Counted from the first letter of the stretch, positions 16,014 to 25,767 are shown. The stretch: 37,889 bases of DNA from an uncultured Oscillospiraceae bacterium (GCA_964428625.1 CAYRYT010000001.1:1-37889), one strand, 5' to 3'. Numbers and translations: made by a program. The notes: a model not told the origin generated them from the sequence alone.

Positions 16014-16911
16014 AAGCTGCCACCCTGCGGTGAATTTCTTCTTCTTCACCCTGGTGCTCTTTGCCGGCGGCACATTTACCCATCCCGTCTTTCTGGCCAT
16101 CGGCTGGGTCTGCGCCTTTGCCTACAGCGTCAAGCGGGGCGGCTGGAAGGTACTCCTCTTCGATCTGCTCCTGTTGCCCCTGGCGGCCCTCTACGCCGTG
16201 CATTATGCCTGCTGCAACCATTTCGGTGTCACCGTCTGGCAGCAGAATTTCATCGGCAATAATCTGACGGTGGAAAGCGTGGTCTACGGTCTGGTGGAGG
16301 GGCTGCGCATCGGGGTGGTGTGTATGTGGTGCAGCAGTCTGTTCCGGGTCTTTTCCTCGGACAAGGTGGTGTATCTCTTCGGGCGGATCAGCCCCCGGTT
16401 GTCCCTGTTCCTCACCATTCTCCTGCGCCTTGTTCCCCGGCTGAAGCTGGAGGCCCAGCGCATCAACCTGGCCCAGCAGGGCATTGGCCGGGGTGTCAAT
16501 CAGGGAAATATCCTTCAGCGTCTGCGGAACTGCCTGCGAATCTTCTCCATGCTCATCACCTGGCTGATCCAGGCCCTAGCCCTGGAAGCAGACTCCATGA
16601 AAAGCCGGGGCAGCAACCTCCGGGGCAGAACAGCCTTTTCCATTTACCGTTTCGACAACCGGGACCGGGCCTTTGTGCTGGTCATGTTCACCGCCACCAT
16701 GTTCACCGCACTGGCCATCGCCCTGGGTGCCTGCCACATGGTCTACAATCCCCGGATCCTGTGGAAGCCTCTTACCTGGTTCAACACCCTCACCGCCCTG
16801 GGTTACGCCTTCGTGGCCCTCATGCCCCTGGGCCAGGAGCTCTGGATCGCCTGGCGATTCTCCCAAGCCCGCAGAAACAGCGCTCCCACAGGAGCGCCGG
16901 AGCCTGTATAG
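16003..16911 (+). CDS. ecfT: ECF transporter transmembrane T component (2)
   Basis: HPAVNF start, LLRLVP and ADSMKSRG motifs; paralogous to 12802-13683. Confidence 0.88.
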   Translation: MGFESCHPAVNFFFFTLVLFAGGTFTHPVFLAIGWVCAFAYSVKRGGWKVLLFDLLLLPLAALYAVHYACCNHFGVTVWQQNFIGNNLTVESVVYGLVEGLRIGVVCMWCSSLFRVFSSDKVVYLFGRISPRLSLFLTILLRLVPRLKLEAQRINLAQQGIGRGVNQGNILQRLRNCLRIFSMLITWLIQALALEADSMKSRGSNLRGRTAFSIYRFDNRDRAFVLVMFTATMFTALAIALGACHMVYNPRILWKPLTWFNTLTALGYAFVALMPLGQELWIAWRFSQARRNSAPTGAPEPV

Positions 16912-16913
16912 CA

Positions 16914-16953
16914 AAAAAAGTCTCTTTTGTCCGAGGACAAAAGAGACTTTTTT
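16914..16953. terminator. bidirectional terminator between the ECF operon and tRNA-Ala
   Basis: AAAAAAGTCTCTTTTGTC-cgag-GACAAAAGAGACTTTTTT, perfect 18-bp stem. Confidence 0.9.
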
Positions 16954-17028
16954 GGTGGACTTGAGGAGATTCGAACTCCCGACCCCCACAATGCGAATGT
17001 GGTGCGCTCCCAACTGCGCTACAAGCCC
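16953..17028 (-). tRNA. tRNA-Ala(CGC)
   Basis: 76-nt cloverleaf GGGCTTG...CAAGTCC-ACCA; anticodon loop TT-CGC-AT; G3:U70 alanine identity pair; TTCGAAT T-loop. Confidence 0.97.
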
Positions 17029-17042
17029 GTGATTACCATAAG

Positions 17043-17108
17043 ATTATACTCCCCCCGGGAGGATTTGTCAAGGGAGGACTTGACTTTTTCTGTGGCGCGT
17101 AGTATATT
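17043..17108. promoter_or_regulatory. divergent promoters (tRNA-Ala on minus, MATE on plus)
   Basis: Minus: TTGACA (17071-17066)-17-TATAAT (17048-17043). Plus: TTGACT (17080-17085)-17-TATATT (17103-17108). Confidence 0.8.
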
Positions 17109-17147
17109 TGTTGCATCCGCAACGAATATAGAAAGAAGGGTCATATC

Positions 17148-18512
17148 TTGACGCAATCCAACTCCCTTACCCAGGGCCCCATCTGGAAAACCATGCTGCT
17201 GTTTGCCCTGCCGGTATTCCTGGGGAACCTGTTCCAGCAATTCTACAACACCTTTGACTCCTGGTGTGTCGGCAATTTTCTGGGGGACGATGCCCTGGCC
17301 GCCGTCAGCTCCTCCGGCAGTCTGATTTTCATGATGGTGGGCTTTTTCAACGGTGTTGCCATGGGTGCCGGTGTGATCATCGCCCGGTTCTACGGTGCCA
17401 AGGACTACGACTCCATGGAAAAGGCCATTCACACGGATGTGGCCTTCGGTCTCACCGCCGGGATCCTGCTCACCGTGGTGGGCGTCACCTTCACCCCCAC
17501 CATTCTGCGGTGGATGGGTACCCCCGCCGATGTGCTGCCCCAGTCCATCACCTATTTCCGCTACTACTTCTGCGGTGCCATTTTCACCGTGATGTACAAC
17601 ATCTTCGTGGGAATTCTCCACGCCGTGGGGGACAGCCGGCACCCTCTGTACTACCTGATTTTCTCCTCCTTCGTCAATGTGGTGCTGGATCTGCTGTTTG
17701 TGGCGGTGTTCCACCTGGGTGTTGGCTCCGCCGCCCTGGCGACCACCATTTCCCAGGGCATCAGTGCCGCCCTGTGCTGCTTGCAGCTGCTGCGAACCAA
17801 CGCCCCCTACCGGCTGAACTGGCGCAGGATCCGCTTCCATATGCCCAGCTTCCGGCTGATCCTGAAATATGGTCTGCCCTCGGGCATTCAGAACTCCGTG
17901 ATCTCCATTGCCAATGTGGTGGTTCAGAGCAATATCAACAGCTTCGGCAAGGAAGCCATGGCCGGCTGCGGTGCCTATTCCAAGATCGAAGGTTTTGCCT
18001 TCCTGCCCATCACCTGTTTTGCCCAGGCCCTCTCCACCTTCGTTGGGCAGAATCTGGGTGCGAAGCAGTACGACCGGGTGAAGAAGGGTGTGGGCTTCGG
18101 CATTGCCTGTTCCGTGACCCTGGCAGAGCTGATCGGCGTGGCTCTGTGGTTCCTGGCGCCCCAGCTCATCTCCTTGTTTAACAAAAAGCCCGAGGTCATC
18201 GCCTTTGGTACCGCCCATATGCGCACCATTTGCCTGTTTTTCTGCCTGCTGGCCTTCTCCCATTGCATCGCCGGCATTCTCCGGGGCGCGGGCAAGGCAA
18301 CGGTGCCCATGTTCACCATGCTTCTGTGCTGGTGCCTGCTGCGGGTGAGTTATATCACCGTGGCTATTCGTTATGTCAGCCAGCTCACCACTGTTTCCTG
18401 GGCCTACCCCATCACCTGGGCCTGCAGCAGCCTGGTGTTCCTGGTGTATTTCTGCAAGGCCGACTGGCTCCACGCCTTTGACCGGGCAGAAGCCCGCCTG
18501 CGAGACTCCTGA
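17148..18512 (+). CDS. MATE family efflux transporter
   Basis: LTQGPIWK, GNLFQQFYNTFD, GDSRHPLY, FVGQNLGA and GILRGAG motifs; about 12 TM segments; TTG start. Confidence 0.93.
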   Translation: MTQSNSLTQGPIWKTMLLFALPVFLGNLFQQFYNTFDSWCVGNFLGDDALAAVSSSGSLIFMMVGFFNGVAMGAGVIIARFYGAKDYDSMEKAIHTDVAFGLTAGILLTVVGVTFTPTILRWMGTPADVLPQSITYFRYYFCGAIFTVMYNIFVGILHAVGDSRHPLYYLIFSSFVNVVLDLLFVAVFHLGVGSAALATTISQGISAALCCLQLLRTNAPYRLNWRRIRFHMPSFRLILKYGLPSGIQNSVISIANVVVQSNINSFGKEAMAGCGAYSKIEGFAFLPITCFAQALSTFVGQNLGAKQYDRVKKGVGFGIACSVTLAELIGVALWFLAPQLISLFNKKPEVIAFGTAHMRTICLFFCLLAFSHCIAGILRGAGKATVPMFTMLLCWCLLRVSYITVAIRYVSQLTTVSWAYPITWACSSLVFLVYFCKADWLHAFDRAEARLRDS

Positions 18513-18521
18513 AGGAATCGA

Positions 18522-18552
18522 AAAGCCCTCCCTCGTTCTGAGGGAGGGCTTT
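18522..18552. terminator. bidirectional terminator
   Basis: AAAGCCCTCCCTC-gttct-GAGGGAGGGCTTT between convergent genes. Confidence 0.85.
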
Positions 18553-18558
18553 GCCGTT

Positions 18559-19596
18559 TCAGCAGAAGCGGAACCGGGTTTGGTGGCTGTAGAGCTCCCC
18601 GGGGCCCAGGAGAATGGAGGGATACCGGGAATGGTTCGGCGTATCCGGGAAGAACTGGGTCTCCAGGCAGAAGCCCTGGCGGGGGCCATATACGCAGCCC
18701 TTCCCCGGGGTACCCGCCTCCAGGTAATTGGCGGTGTAGAGCTGCACCCCCGGCAGGGTGGTCTCTACCTCCATGGTAATGCCGGAGTCCTCGCTCCAGG
18801 CCCGGGCCACAGGACGCAGCTGCCCCGGTGTGCCATCCACCACATAGGTATGGTCATAGCCCCGGGCCTGGGTCAGCTGGACAAAGGGCTCCCCGATCCG
18901 TTCGCCCAGGGTATAGGGCTGGGTGAAGTCCATGGGAGTTCCCGCCACCGGAGCCTTTTCCCCCAGGGGGATGGAAGTGGCGTCCGTGGGAAGATAGTCC
19001 CGGGCAAAGAGCTGCATATGCTGGCCCAGCACCGTACCCGCATCCTGGCCATCCAGGTTAAAATAGCTGTGGTTGGTCAGGGCACACACCGTCAGGGCCG
19101 AGGCGCTGGCCCAGTGCCCCATCTCCAGCGTCCGGCCCACCAGGCGGAAGTCCGCCCGGACGGTAAGGGTGCCGGGATAGCCCTCCTCCCCGTCGGGGCT
19201 TGTGAGGCCCAGAAGCACCCGATCCTTCTCCGCCCGGATCACTTGCCAATTCCGGTGAGAAAACCCCGTCAGGCCGCCGTGGAGATGGTTGGGGCCATTG
19301 TTCACCGCCAGGGTGTAGTCCCGGCCTTCCAGGGTAAAGTGGCCTCCCGCAATGCGGTTGGCCACCCGGCCTACGGTGGCCCCCAGGTAGCCGTCCCGGC
19401 GGACATAATCCTCCAGCTTCTCGTAGCCCAGCACCACATCCCGATATTGGCCCTGGCTATCCGGAACCTCCAGGCTCTGAACCGTAGCGCCAAAGGTCAG
19501 GATTCGGCAGCGAAGCTGGCCGTTATCCAGAAGGATCTGCTCCACCTGCTCTCCCTGGTCTGTCACCCCGAAGGGCAGGATCGTATTGTCACACAT
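18559..19596 (-). CDS. galM: aldose 1-epimerase (galactose mutarotase)
   Basis: GRVANRI, NHLHGG, GYPG, TNHSYFNL, GYDH and GFCLETQ motifs. AAGGAG RBS; TTGACT-17-TAAACT promoter at 19657-19629. Confidence 0.95.
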   Translation of the reverse strand: MCDNTILPFGVTDQGEQVEQILLDNGQLRCRILTFGATVQSLEVPDSQGQYRDVVLGYEKLEDYVRRDGYLGATVGRVANRIAGGHFTLEGRDYTLAVNNGPNHLHGGLTGFSHRNWQVIRAEKDRVLLGLTSPDGEEGYPGTLTVRADFRLVGRTLEMGHWASASALTVCALTNHSYFNLDGQDAGTVLGQHMQLFARDYLPTDATSIPLGEKAPVAGTPMDFTQPYTLGERIGEPFVQLTQARGYDHTYVVDGTPGQLRPVARAWSEDSGITMEVETTLPGVQLYTANYLEAGTPGKGCVYGPRQGFCLETQFFPDTPNHSRYPSILLGPGELYSHQTRFRFC

Positions 19597-19700
19597 GCGC
19601 GCCCACTCCTTTTTTTGTTTCTGCCTGTAGTTTACCAAGGACTTTGGGGGAAGTCAAGCCGCTTTTCCCCCGGGGATAAAATCTTATCCCCGCAAAGCCA

Positions 19701-19734
19701 AATCCACCCCCTGGCCGCAGCCGGGGGGTGGATT
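19701..19734 (-). terminator. terminator after the ABC gene
   Basis: AATCCACCCCCTGG...CCGGGGGGTGGATT inverted repeat. Confidence 0.7.
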
Positions 19735-19742
19735 CTTTTGGA

Positions 19743-22493
19743 TTATTCGGTTCGCAGCGCAGCCACGGGATCCATCTTCGCCGCCTTTTTGGCGGGCATC
19801 AAGCCGCCCAGCATGGTAATCACCACACTGACACCCACCAGGATCACCGCCGCCGTCATCGGCAGCTGGGCAGTCATATCCGCCGTACCCAGCAGGTTTT
19901 CCAGCAGGCCGTTGATGGGGAAGGTCAGGGCGATGGTAATGCCCACGCCCATGGCACCGGCGCACAGGCCGATGATCAGCGTCTCCGCGTTGAACACCTG
20001 GGACACATTGGCCTTGGAAGCACCCAGGGCCCGGAGAATGCCGATCTCCTTAGTACGCTCCATAACGGAGATATGGGTGATAATGCCGATCATAATGCAC
20101 GAGACCACCAGAGACACCGCCACAAAGGCGATGAGCACATAGGAGATCACATCGATAATGGAGGTCAGGGAGGCGGTCATCATCTGGACATAGTCCACAT
20201 AGGTGATCTGGTCGTCCTCCTGGGCCTTTTCGTTATAGGCAGCGATGCACAGGGCCACTGCCTCCTTGCCCTCGAAGGAATCGGTGTAAATACTAATGGA
20301 TGCGGGGGCATCGTAGCTGACCTTACCGAAGGCGGTCATATTCTCCTCGTAGCTGGCATCCCCCAGATACCGGTCATACACAGCAAGGAGTACCTCCTGA
20401 TCCGGGTCAGCATCCAGCCACTGGTCCATTGCCGCCGCCATAGCGCTCTGGTCCATGGGCTGCTGGGCACCGCCCATCTGGGAATAGCCGCCCATCTGCT
20501 GGGCCGCATCGGGCTGCTGGGCCGCGGCATTCTGCGCGCTCTGGTACTGGATCATGGTGAACAGGGAAACCTTGTCCGCTTCGGACATTCCCCGAATATA
20601 GGACGCGGCATCCTCTGCCTTCTGGCTGTCCTCCTTGGCCTGGAAGGCAATGCCCGTGAGGACATTCACATCCCGAACCGCCTCCTGGGCCAGGATCACC
20701 GGGCTTTCATTGGTATAGCGGATGATCGCATCCGTCAGTTCCGCAGTATAGCCCACCACAGCAATGGACAGCATTCCTGCCTGATCCTCGGTGGGGCGGA
20801 CAATGCCGCAGATCTCCAGTTCCATACCCAGTTCCCCGAAGTCCTGGGCCGTACCCTCCAGCTGGTGGAAGATCCCGTCCTCGCCCTGCACATAGCCGTC
20901 ACAGGCGGGAACCAGGTAGAAGGTGTGGCCGCAGACCTGGGCATAGTCCAGCTGCTGCTCCCGGGTATCCTCCTCTGCCTCCACCTGGCGGCAGATCTCC
21001 TCGTATTCCTCCTGGGTCATCAGGCCCAACTGGTAGAGGGCCAGGGTATCCACGGCATTGTTCCGGTCCACCATGAGCACCACCTGGTTCTTCTCCTGGG
21101 GCCAGTGGCCGGAGAGAATCTCATAGCTGTCCATGACCACCTGGCTGATTCCCGTGCCGCCGGGGCCGGGCATCAGCTGGGTGAAATTTCCGGCGCTGCC
21201 GGCGGAAGTTCCCATCATGGTCTGCATCTGCTGGAACAGCGGGCTGGAAACCTGGGAATTCTCATCGGGATCCGTATCCGTATCCCGCCAGGCCCCTGCG
21301 GCATCCTGGGTGTAGACCCGGAAGCTGGTATCGTAGTGGTAAACCAGACCATTCTCCCCCAGATACTGGTGGATTTCGCTGCTGGGATCCTCCAGGTACT
21401 GACGGAAGACGGTGAGGTTGTTTTCCGTAATGTTGGAGACCATCATATTGGAGATCTCCAGGCTGGAGCTGTCGCTGTAAACGCCCCGGCGGCTGGGATC
21501 CACAGGTGCCTGCTGGGCACCGATGATCTCCGCCCGCACATTCATCATGGCGGACATATCCACCGTCTGGTCACTGATGGTGATGGGATAGGACGCCATG
21601 GTCTGCTTCTGGATGTCGGCAATATAGGTGTTGACACCGGTGGACAGGGCCAGGATCAAAGCTATGCCAATGATGCCAATGGAACCGGCAAAGGCGGTCA
21701 GCACCGTGCGGCCGATTTTGGTCCGCAGGTTGTTGAAACTCAGGGAGAGGGCCGTCAGGAAGCCCATTTTCGCCTTACCCAGGCGCTGGCTCCGGGGCTT
21801 TTCCTCCCGCAAAGGGGTATAGGGATCGGAGTCGGAGATGATCTTACCGTCCCGGAGCTTGACGATCCGGGTGGAATACTGCTCCGCCAGCTCCGGGTTA
21901 TGGGTCACCATGACCACCAGCCGGTCCTTGGCCACTTCCTTCAGCAGCTCTATGACCTGGATGGAAGTCTGAGTGTCCAGGGCACCGGTGGGTTCGTCTG
22001 CCAGGAGAATATCCGGGTCATTGACCAGAGCCCGGGCAATGGCCACCCGCTGCATCTGGCCGCCGGAAAGCTGATTGGGCCGCTTATGGCACTGCTCCCC
22101 CAGCCCCACCTTCTCCAGGGCCTGGCGGGCACGGTTTTTCCGCTCCCCGGGACTGATGCCGCCAATGGTCAGCGCCAGCTCCACATTGGCAAGGATGGTC
22201 TGGTGGGGGATCAGATTATAGCTCTGAAAAACGAAGCCGATGCTGTGGTTGCGGTAGGCATCCCAGTCCCGGTCCCGGTAATCCTTGGTGGACACGCCGT
22301 TGATGATGAGGTCGCCGGTGTCATACCGATCCAGGCCGCCGATGATGTTCAGCAGCGTGGTCTTGCCGGAGCCGCTGGGGCCCAAAATGGACACAAACTC
22401 GTTATCCCGCAGGCACAGGCTCACACCGCCCAGTGCCTCCTGTACCAGATTGCCAGTACGATAGTGTTTGGTAATGTTTTGAATTTGAAGCAT
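19743..22493 (-). CDS. MacB/FtsX-type ABC transporter, fused ATPase and permease
   Basis: [32 protein letters not shown]; one TM, a large extracellular domain, [14 protein letters not shown], three more TMs, [11 protein letters not shown]. Alternative GTG start at 22499. Confidence 0.93.
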   Translation of the reverse strand: MLQIQNITKHYRTGNLVQEALGGVSLCLRDNEFVSILGPSGSGKTTLLNIIGGLDRYDTGDLIINGVSTKDYRDRDWDAYRNHSIGFVFQSYNLIPHQTILANVELALTIGGISPGERKNRARQALEKVGLGEQCHKRPNQLSGGQMQRVAIARALVNDPDILLADEPTGALDTQTSIQVIELLKEVAKDRLVVMVTHNPELAEQYSTRIVKLRDGKIISDSDPYTPLREEKPRSQRLGKAKMGFLTALSLSFNNLRTKIGRTVLTAFAGSIGIIGIALILALSTGVNTYIADIQKQTMASYPITISDQTVDMSAMMNVRAEIIGAQQAPVDPSRRGVYSDSSSLEISNMMVSNITENNLTVFRQYLEDPSSEIHQYLGENGLVYHYDTSFRVYTQDAAGAWRDTDTDPDENSQVSSPLFQQMQTMMGTSAGSAGNFTQLMPGPGGTGISQVVMDSYEILSGHWPQEKNQVVLMVDRNNAVDTLALYQLGLMTQEEYEEICRQVEAEEDTREQQLDYAQVCGHTFYLVPACDGYVQGEDGIFHQLEGTAQDFGELGMELEICGIVRPTEDQAGMLSIAVVGYTAELTDAIIRYTNESPVILAQEAVRDVNVLTGIAFQAKEDSQKAEDAASYIRGMSEADKVSLFTMIQYQSAQNAAAQQPDAAQQMGGYSQMGGAQQPMDQSAMAAAMDQWLDADPDQEVLLAVYDRYLGDASYEENMTAFGKVSYDAPASISIYTDSFEGKEAVALCIAAYNEKAQEDDQITYVDYVQMMTASLTSIIDVISYVLIAFVAVSLVVSCIMIGIITHISVMERTKEIGILRALGASKANVSQVFNAETLIIGLCAGAMGVGITIALTFPINGLLENLLGTADMTAQLPMTAAVILVGVSVVITMLGGLMPAKKAAKMDPVAALRTE

Positions 22494-22601
22494 GGTCACA
22501 CATCCTTTCTACGGTCCCTATCCTACACGGTCAAAGTAAACCGAAACGAAACAAAGGGAAATAATTCCCATTATTTACAGTTTATCCATAATTATCCGAA
22601 G

Positions 22602-22639
22602 AAAACCGCCAACTTGCAGCGGTTCTGCAAGCCGGCGGT
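22602..22639 (-). terminator. probable terminator of the minus-strand operon
   Basis: ACCGCC..CTTGCAG / CTGCAAG..GGCGGT stem with T-run on the minus strand. Confidence 0.55.
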
Positions 22640-22644
22640 CTCTC

Positions 22645-24456
22645 TTATTTTTCGTAGGCCAGGGGCGTATCCAGATACTGCTCCCACAGGAAGCTCCGGG
22701 TATCCTTCTTCCACTTGGCCGCGGCCCGGATGGCCCGGCACAGGGCATCGAGCTTATGCTGCATCATGGGGCTTTCAAAGATCGCCTCATTTCCCGGCAG
22801 CATAGCCGCCGCCAGCAGCTCCGCCCGGTCCTCCCGCTCGCCGGTCATGGCCTGGGCATTTACAAAGGCCCGTTTCTCCCCTTCCAGCCACTGCCCATCG
22901 GCCTGCTGGCCATAGGTGAAGCCCGGGGGATTGTAGGTGTCCCAATCGTCGAGAATATTGCTGCGGTTGCGCACATAGGTGTCCAGCACGCCGGAAAGTC
23001 CCCGGCAGAAATCCGCCTCCAGACTGTCCCCGATCACCAGGGTCACATAGGCGTTGCCATCCTGCCAATACTGGGCCTGGGTCTGGCCGGTGAGAATGCT
23101 CCGCATCAGATTCACCCGGATCCAGCCGCAGTCGGCCACGGAGCCAACCTTATCCAGGAATTCCTCCGGCAGCTGGGCAAACAGGGCCTCCAGCCGATCC
23201 AGGGTCTGGGCAATGGTTCGGGTCAGGTACTCTGCCTTGAGGATCAGGTTCCCTGGGGCCTTCACCCCATCCTCCCAGATGCGGATGGTAATGCCGTAGG
23301 TATCCCCCAACGCCTTGGCCCGCTGGGACAGGGCTTCCAGGCCCTGGGTATCCGGATTCTCAGCCGTATACCAGGGCTCGGTGTAGTCCGTGGTGTCCCC
23401 GGTGGGGTTCCGGGTGTAGTCCCAGCGATAGAGGATATCCTCGCCGGAGTTTCCCTGGGCCAGGAGCCAGATGATCCCATCCTCCCCGGCCATCACATTT
23501 CGCAGCTGGCCCAGACCCGTCACCGCCAGGCTGCTCAGGTGCCGGCCGGTGGCGAAATCATACAGATCCAGCTGGGTCTGCGTGCCCTGGTTCACCAGAA
23601 GGGCACTATGGAGCTGGGGCAGTGCCCACACATCTCCCGTCTGCTGGGGAACAAAAACCCGGCTGTCCTGGCCCCGGCGGCCAAAGATCATCTGCTCCAG
23701 GGTGCCGTCCATCCGTTTGAGGAAATAGGCATCCCCAGCGGCGGTGAGGACGGACTCCATATCGTCTACCCCCAGGAGCTGGCCGTTTTCCGTGGATAGG
23801 TAGGCCGTGTAGCGGCTGCCGTCCTCCCCTACCATGGTGCAGGTCACCACCGTATTGCCGAAGAGAACCTGGCCCATGGTCAGGCAGCTATCCGTCTGGC
23901 TGCGGAGCATCCGGGTGACCCCGTTGCTGATATCCATGGCCCGCACCCCTTTGGCGGTGCAGTAATAGAGGGTCTTCAGATCGCTGGTCACGGCGGGAAT
24001 CCCCACCAGATCCTGGGGCAGCAAAATGCGATTGGCGCATTTCAGATCCCGGTTCACCAGGGCCACCTCATGGGTCTGTTCATCGTAATACGCAAAGCCC
24101 TGGGCCACCTGGTAGAAGCCCGTCTGCCCGGGGGCGATGGTTACCTCCAGCTGGCCGGTCTTTTCCTCCCGGCAGGTGTCCCCCGTGAGCAGGCGCAGCC
24201 GGGTCCCCGATTCCCCGGAGAACAGCACAACGCCGCTGTCCGTGGCGATCATGCCGGTATAATCCTCCCGGCCCAGGGGATAAGCCCGGAGGGAGCCCTG
24301 GGACTGGTGCTCCACATCGCTGTCCGGCTGGTAAAGGCCGGGCTCCGTGGCCGGAGCGGTGGTAGTAGGCGGGGTGGTGTCGACAGGCGTCTCCCCGCCG
24401 CCGGCGCAGCCCGTGAGGAGCAGTGCGATCAGCGCCAGCGCCATCCATTGTTTCAT
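22645..24456 (-). CDS. 603-aa lipoprotein with beta-rich N-region and C-terminal degenerate zincin-like domain
   Basis: Lipobox LLLTG-C, P/T linker, and C-terminal W..YNP.GF.Y...FV...AM...EDRAE..., with no HExxH. Confidence 0.75.
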   Translation of the reverse strand: MKQWMALALIALLLTGCAGGGETPVDTTPPTTTAPATEPGLYQPDSDVEHQSQGSLRAYPLGREDYTGMIATDSGVVLFSGESGTRLRLLTGDTCREEKTGQLEVTIAPGQTGFYQVAQGFAYYDEQTHEVALVNRDLKCANRILLPQDLVGIPAVTSDLKTLYYCTAKGVRAMDISNGVTRMLRSQTDSCLTMGQVLFGNTVVTCTMVGEDGSRYTAYLSTENGQLLGVDDMESVLTAAGDAYFLKRMDGTLEQMIFGRRGQDSRVFVPQQTGDVWALPQLHSALLVNQGTQTQLDLYDFATGRHLSSLAVTGLGQLRNVMAGEDGIIWLLAQGNSGEDILYRWDYTRNPTGDTTDYTEPWYTAENPDTQGLEALSQRAKALGDTYGITIRIWEDGVKAPGNLILKAEYLTRTIAQTLDRLEALFAQLPEEFLDKVGSVADCGWIRVNLMRSILTGQTQAQYWQDGNAYVTLVIGDSLEADFCRGLSGVLDTYVRNRSNILDDWDTYNPPGFTYGQQADGQWLEGEKRAFVNAQAMTGEREDRAELLAAAMLPGNEAIFESPMMQHKLDALCRAIRAAAKWKKDTRSFLWEQYLDTPLAYEK

Positions 24457-24457
24457 A

Positions 24458-24628
24458 TCATTGTCTCCTTGCTAAGGTGTAGTCATCCCCCTGGCGGTAA
24501 TAGGGACACCGGCTCTGGGGTGTGGAAAAGGCCCGGTAGAATTCATCCTCGTCCAGGTCCATCATACAGTAGTACTCCTCGTACTCCTCGTCATAATCGT
24601 AATACCAGCAGGTTTCGCACTGATCCAT
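24458..24628 (-). CDS. small Cys/acidic DUF6472-like protein
   Basis: GGAGGAG RBS; CETCWYYDYDEE...C..DLDEDE...CPYYR.GDDY...RRQ. Confidence 0.8.
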   Translation of the reverse strand: MDQCETCWYYDYDEEYEEYYCMMDLDEDEFYRAFSTPQSRCPYYRQGDDYTLARRQ

Positions 24629-24630
24629 AC

Positions 24631-25155
24631 TCACTCCTCCAGGATCCTGGGGGTAAAGACCCCGTCCGCATATACCAGGCAGCTGTGGCTCCCATCCTTG
24701 GGAATGGATACAGATCCGGGGTTCAGGCAACGGATCCCCTGGCGCACCTCGTCCAGCTTCACATGGGTATGCCCGGATAGGAATACGCTTCCCTCGGGGA
24801 GTGGGGGCAGGGCATCGGGATTTTCGTGGTGGCCATGGGTCAGGTAGAAGGTTTTTCCATCCACCACCAGCTGTGCATAGTCCGCCATGCAGGGGAAGGG
24901 CAGCACCATCTGGTCCACCTCCGCCTCACAGTTGCCCCGTACGGCCAAGATCCAATCCTTCCACCGGCTGAGCATGGGGATCACCGCCTTGGGGGCGTAA
25001 TCCCGGGGCAAATCGTTCCGGGGGCCGTGGTACAGCAGATCCCCCAGCAGCAGGAGCTTGTCCGGCTGTTCCCGCTCCGCCAGTTCCATCAGCTTTCCAC
25101 ACCAATAGGCGCTGCCGTGGATGTCGGAGGCGATCAAAAGTTTCATATCATTCAC
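24631..25155 (-). CDS. yfcE: metallophosphoesterase (YfcE family)
   Basis: SDIHGS, GDLLYHGPRN, VRGNCE, THGH, SGHTH and NPGS motifs. ATG at 25146 is an alternative start. Confidence 0.93.
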   Translation of the reverse strand: MNDMKLLIASDIHGSAYWCGKLMELAEREQPDKLLLLGDLLYHGPRNDLPRDYAPKAVIPMLSRWKDWILAVRGNCEAEVDQMVLPFPCMADYAQLVVDGKTFYLTHGHHENPDALPPLPEGSVFLSGHTHVKLDEVRQGIRCLNPGSVSIPKDGSHSCLVYADGVFTPRILEE

Positions 25156-25765
25156 CCAATTCCTTCAAATATTGTGCCATGTCAAAGGTCTGGATCTTCT
25201 CATCCTTGCGTAGGTACAAGGGGTGGTGGGGATGTCCCTTTTTGCTCCGCTTTCCCGCGCAGTACCACCGGGCACCGCACTGCTCCCCCACCGCGGCCAT
25301 ATCCCGCAGGCATCGGGGCAGATAATCCCGCTTTTCCACAATGGTGCCCCAGGCAGCCCACACCGCCGGCTCCGGGGACAGCTCCAGCACATAGCGGAAG
25401 GCCTCCAGATTTTCCCGGTGCAGGGCGGGATTGCACTGCTTTTCCATGGTGTCCGGGTCCGTCGCCCGCTGAGCGTAGACATTGAACATGATGAAGCTGT
25501 CAAATCCGTTGCCCAGGGCGATCCGTTCCACGGATTTTAGGGTATTGTCCAGCGCATCCGGCCGGGCGGTGGAGGGATTGATCCCCACGCAAATCAGAGG
25601 CTTTTGCCCCCGGGTACCCAGAATGTAGCGGTACTCCGAGTAGAAATTCGGGGCATAGAGCCATTTTTCGATATCATAGTCCGGACTGGGGGTGTTTGCC
25701 GCCGCCAGGGCCTGACGGAAGGTCACCAGCTCCAGGGCATCGGTGGTTCCCTTGGGTATGTGCAT
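25148..25765 (-). CDS. DUF1643 family protein
   Basis: YRY.L, GINPSTA...D.T, NVYAQRATDP, AAWG and GHPHHPLY motifs. Confidence 0.85.
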   Translation of the reverse strand: MHIPKGTTDALELVTFRQALAAANTPSPDYDIEKWLYAPNFYSEYRYILGTRGQKPLICVGINPSTARPDALDNTLKSVERIALGNGFDSFIMFNVYAQRATDPDTMEKQCNPALHRENLEAFRYVLELSPEPAVWAAWGTIVEKRDYLPRCLRDMAAVGEQCGARWYCAGKRSKKGHPHHPLYLRKDEKIQTFDMAQYLKELGE

Positions 25766-25767
25766 GG

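Noticed and set aside
2800-17028. B12 cluster as a genomic island integrated at the tRNA-Ala 3' end
   Set aside because: No integrase, no convincing duplicated tRNA 3' fragment (only short TGGTGGAC matches inside CDSs), and composition looks host-like.
22530-22565. GAAAC-like short repeats upstream of the ABC gene as a response-regulator box
   Set aside because: Too short and irregular, and no two-component genes are nearby.
13653-22805. Other long antisense ORFs (13653-16100, 17019-18689, 18373-20142, 19728-22805)
   Set aside because: They overlap well-supported genes on the opposite strand, as expected in high-GC DNA.
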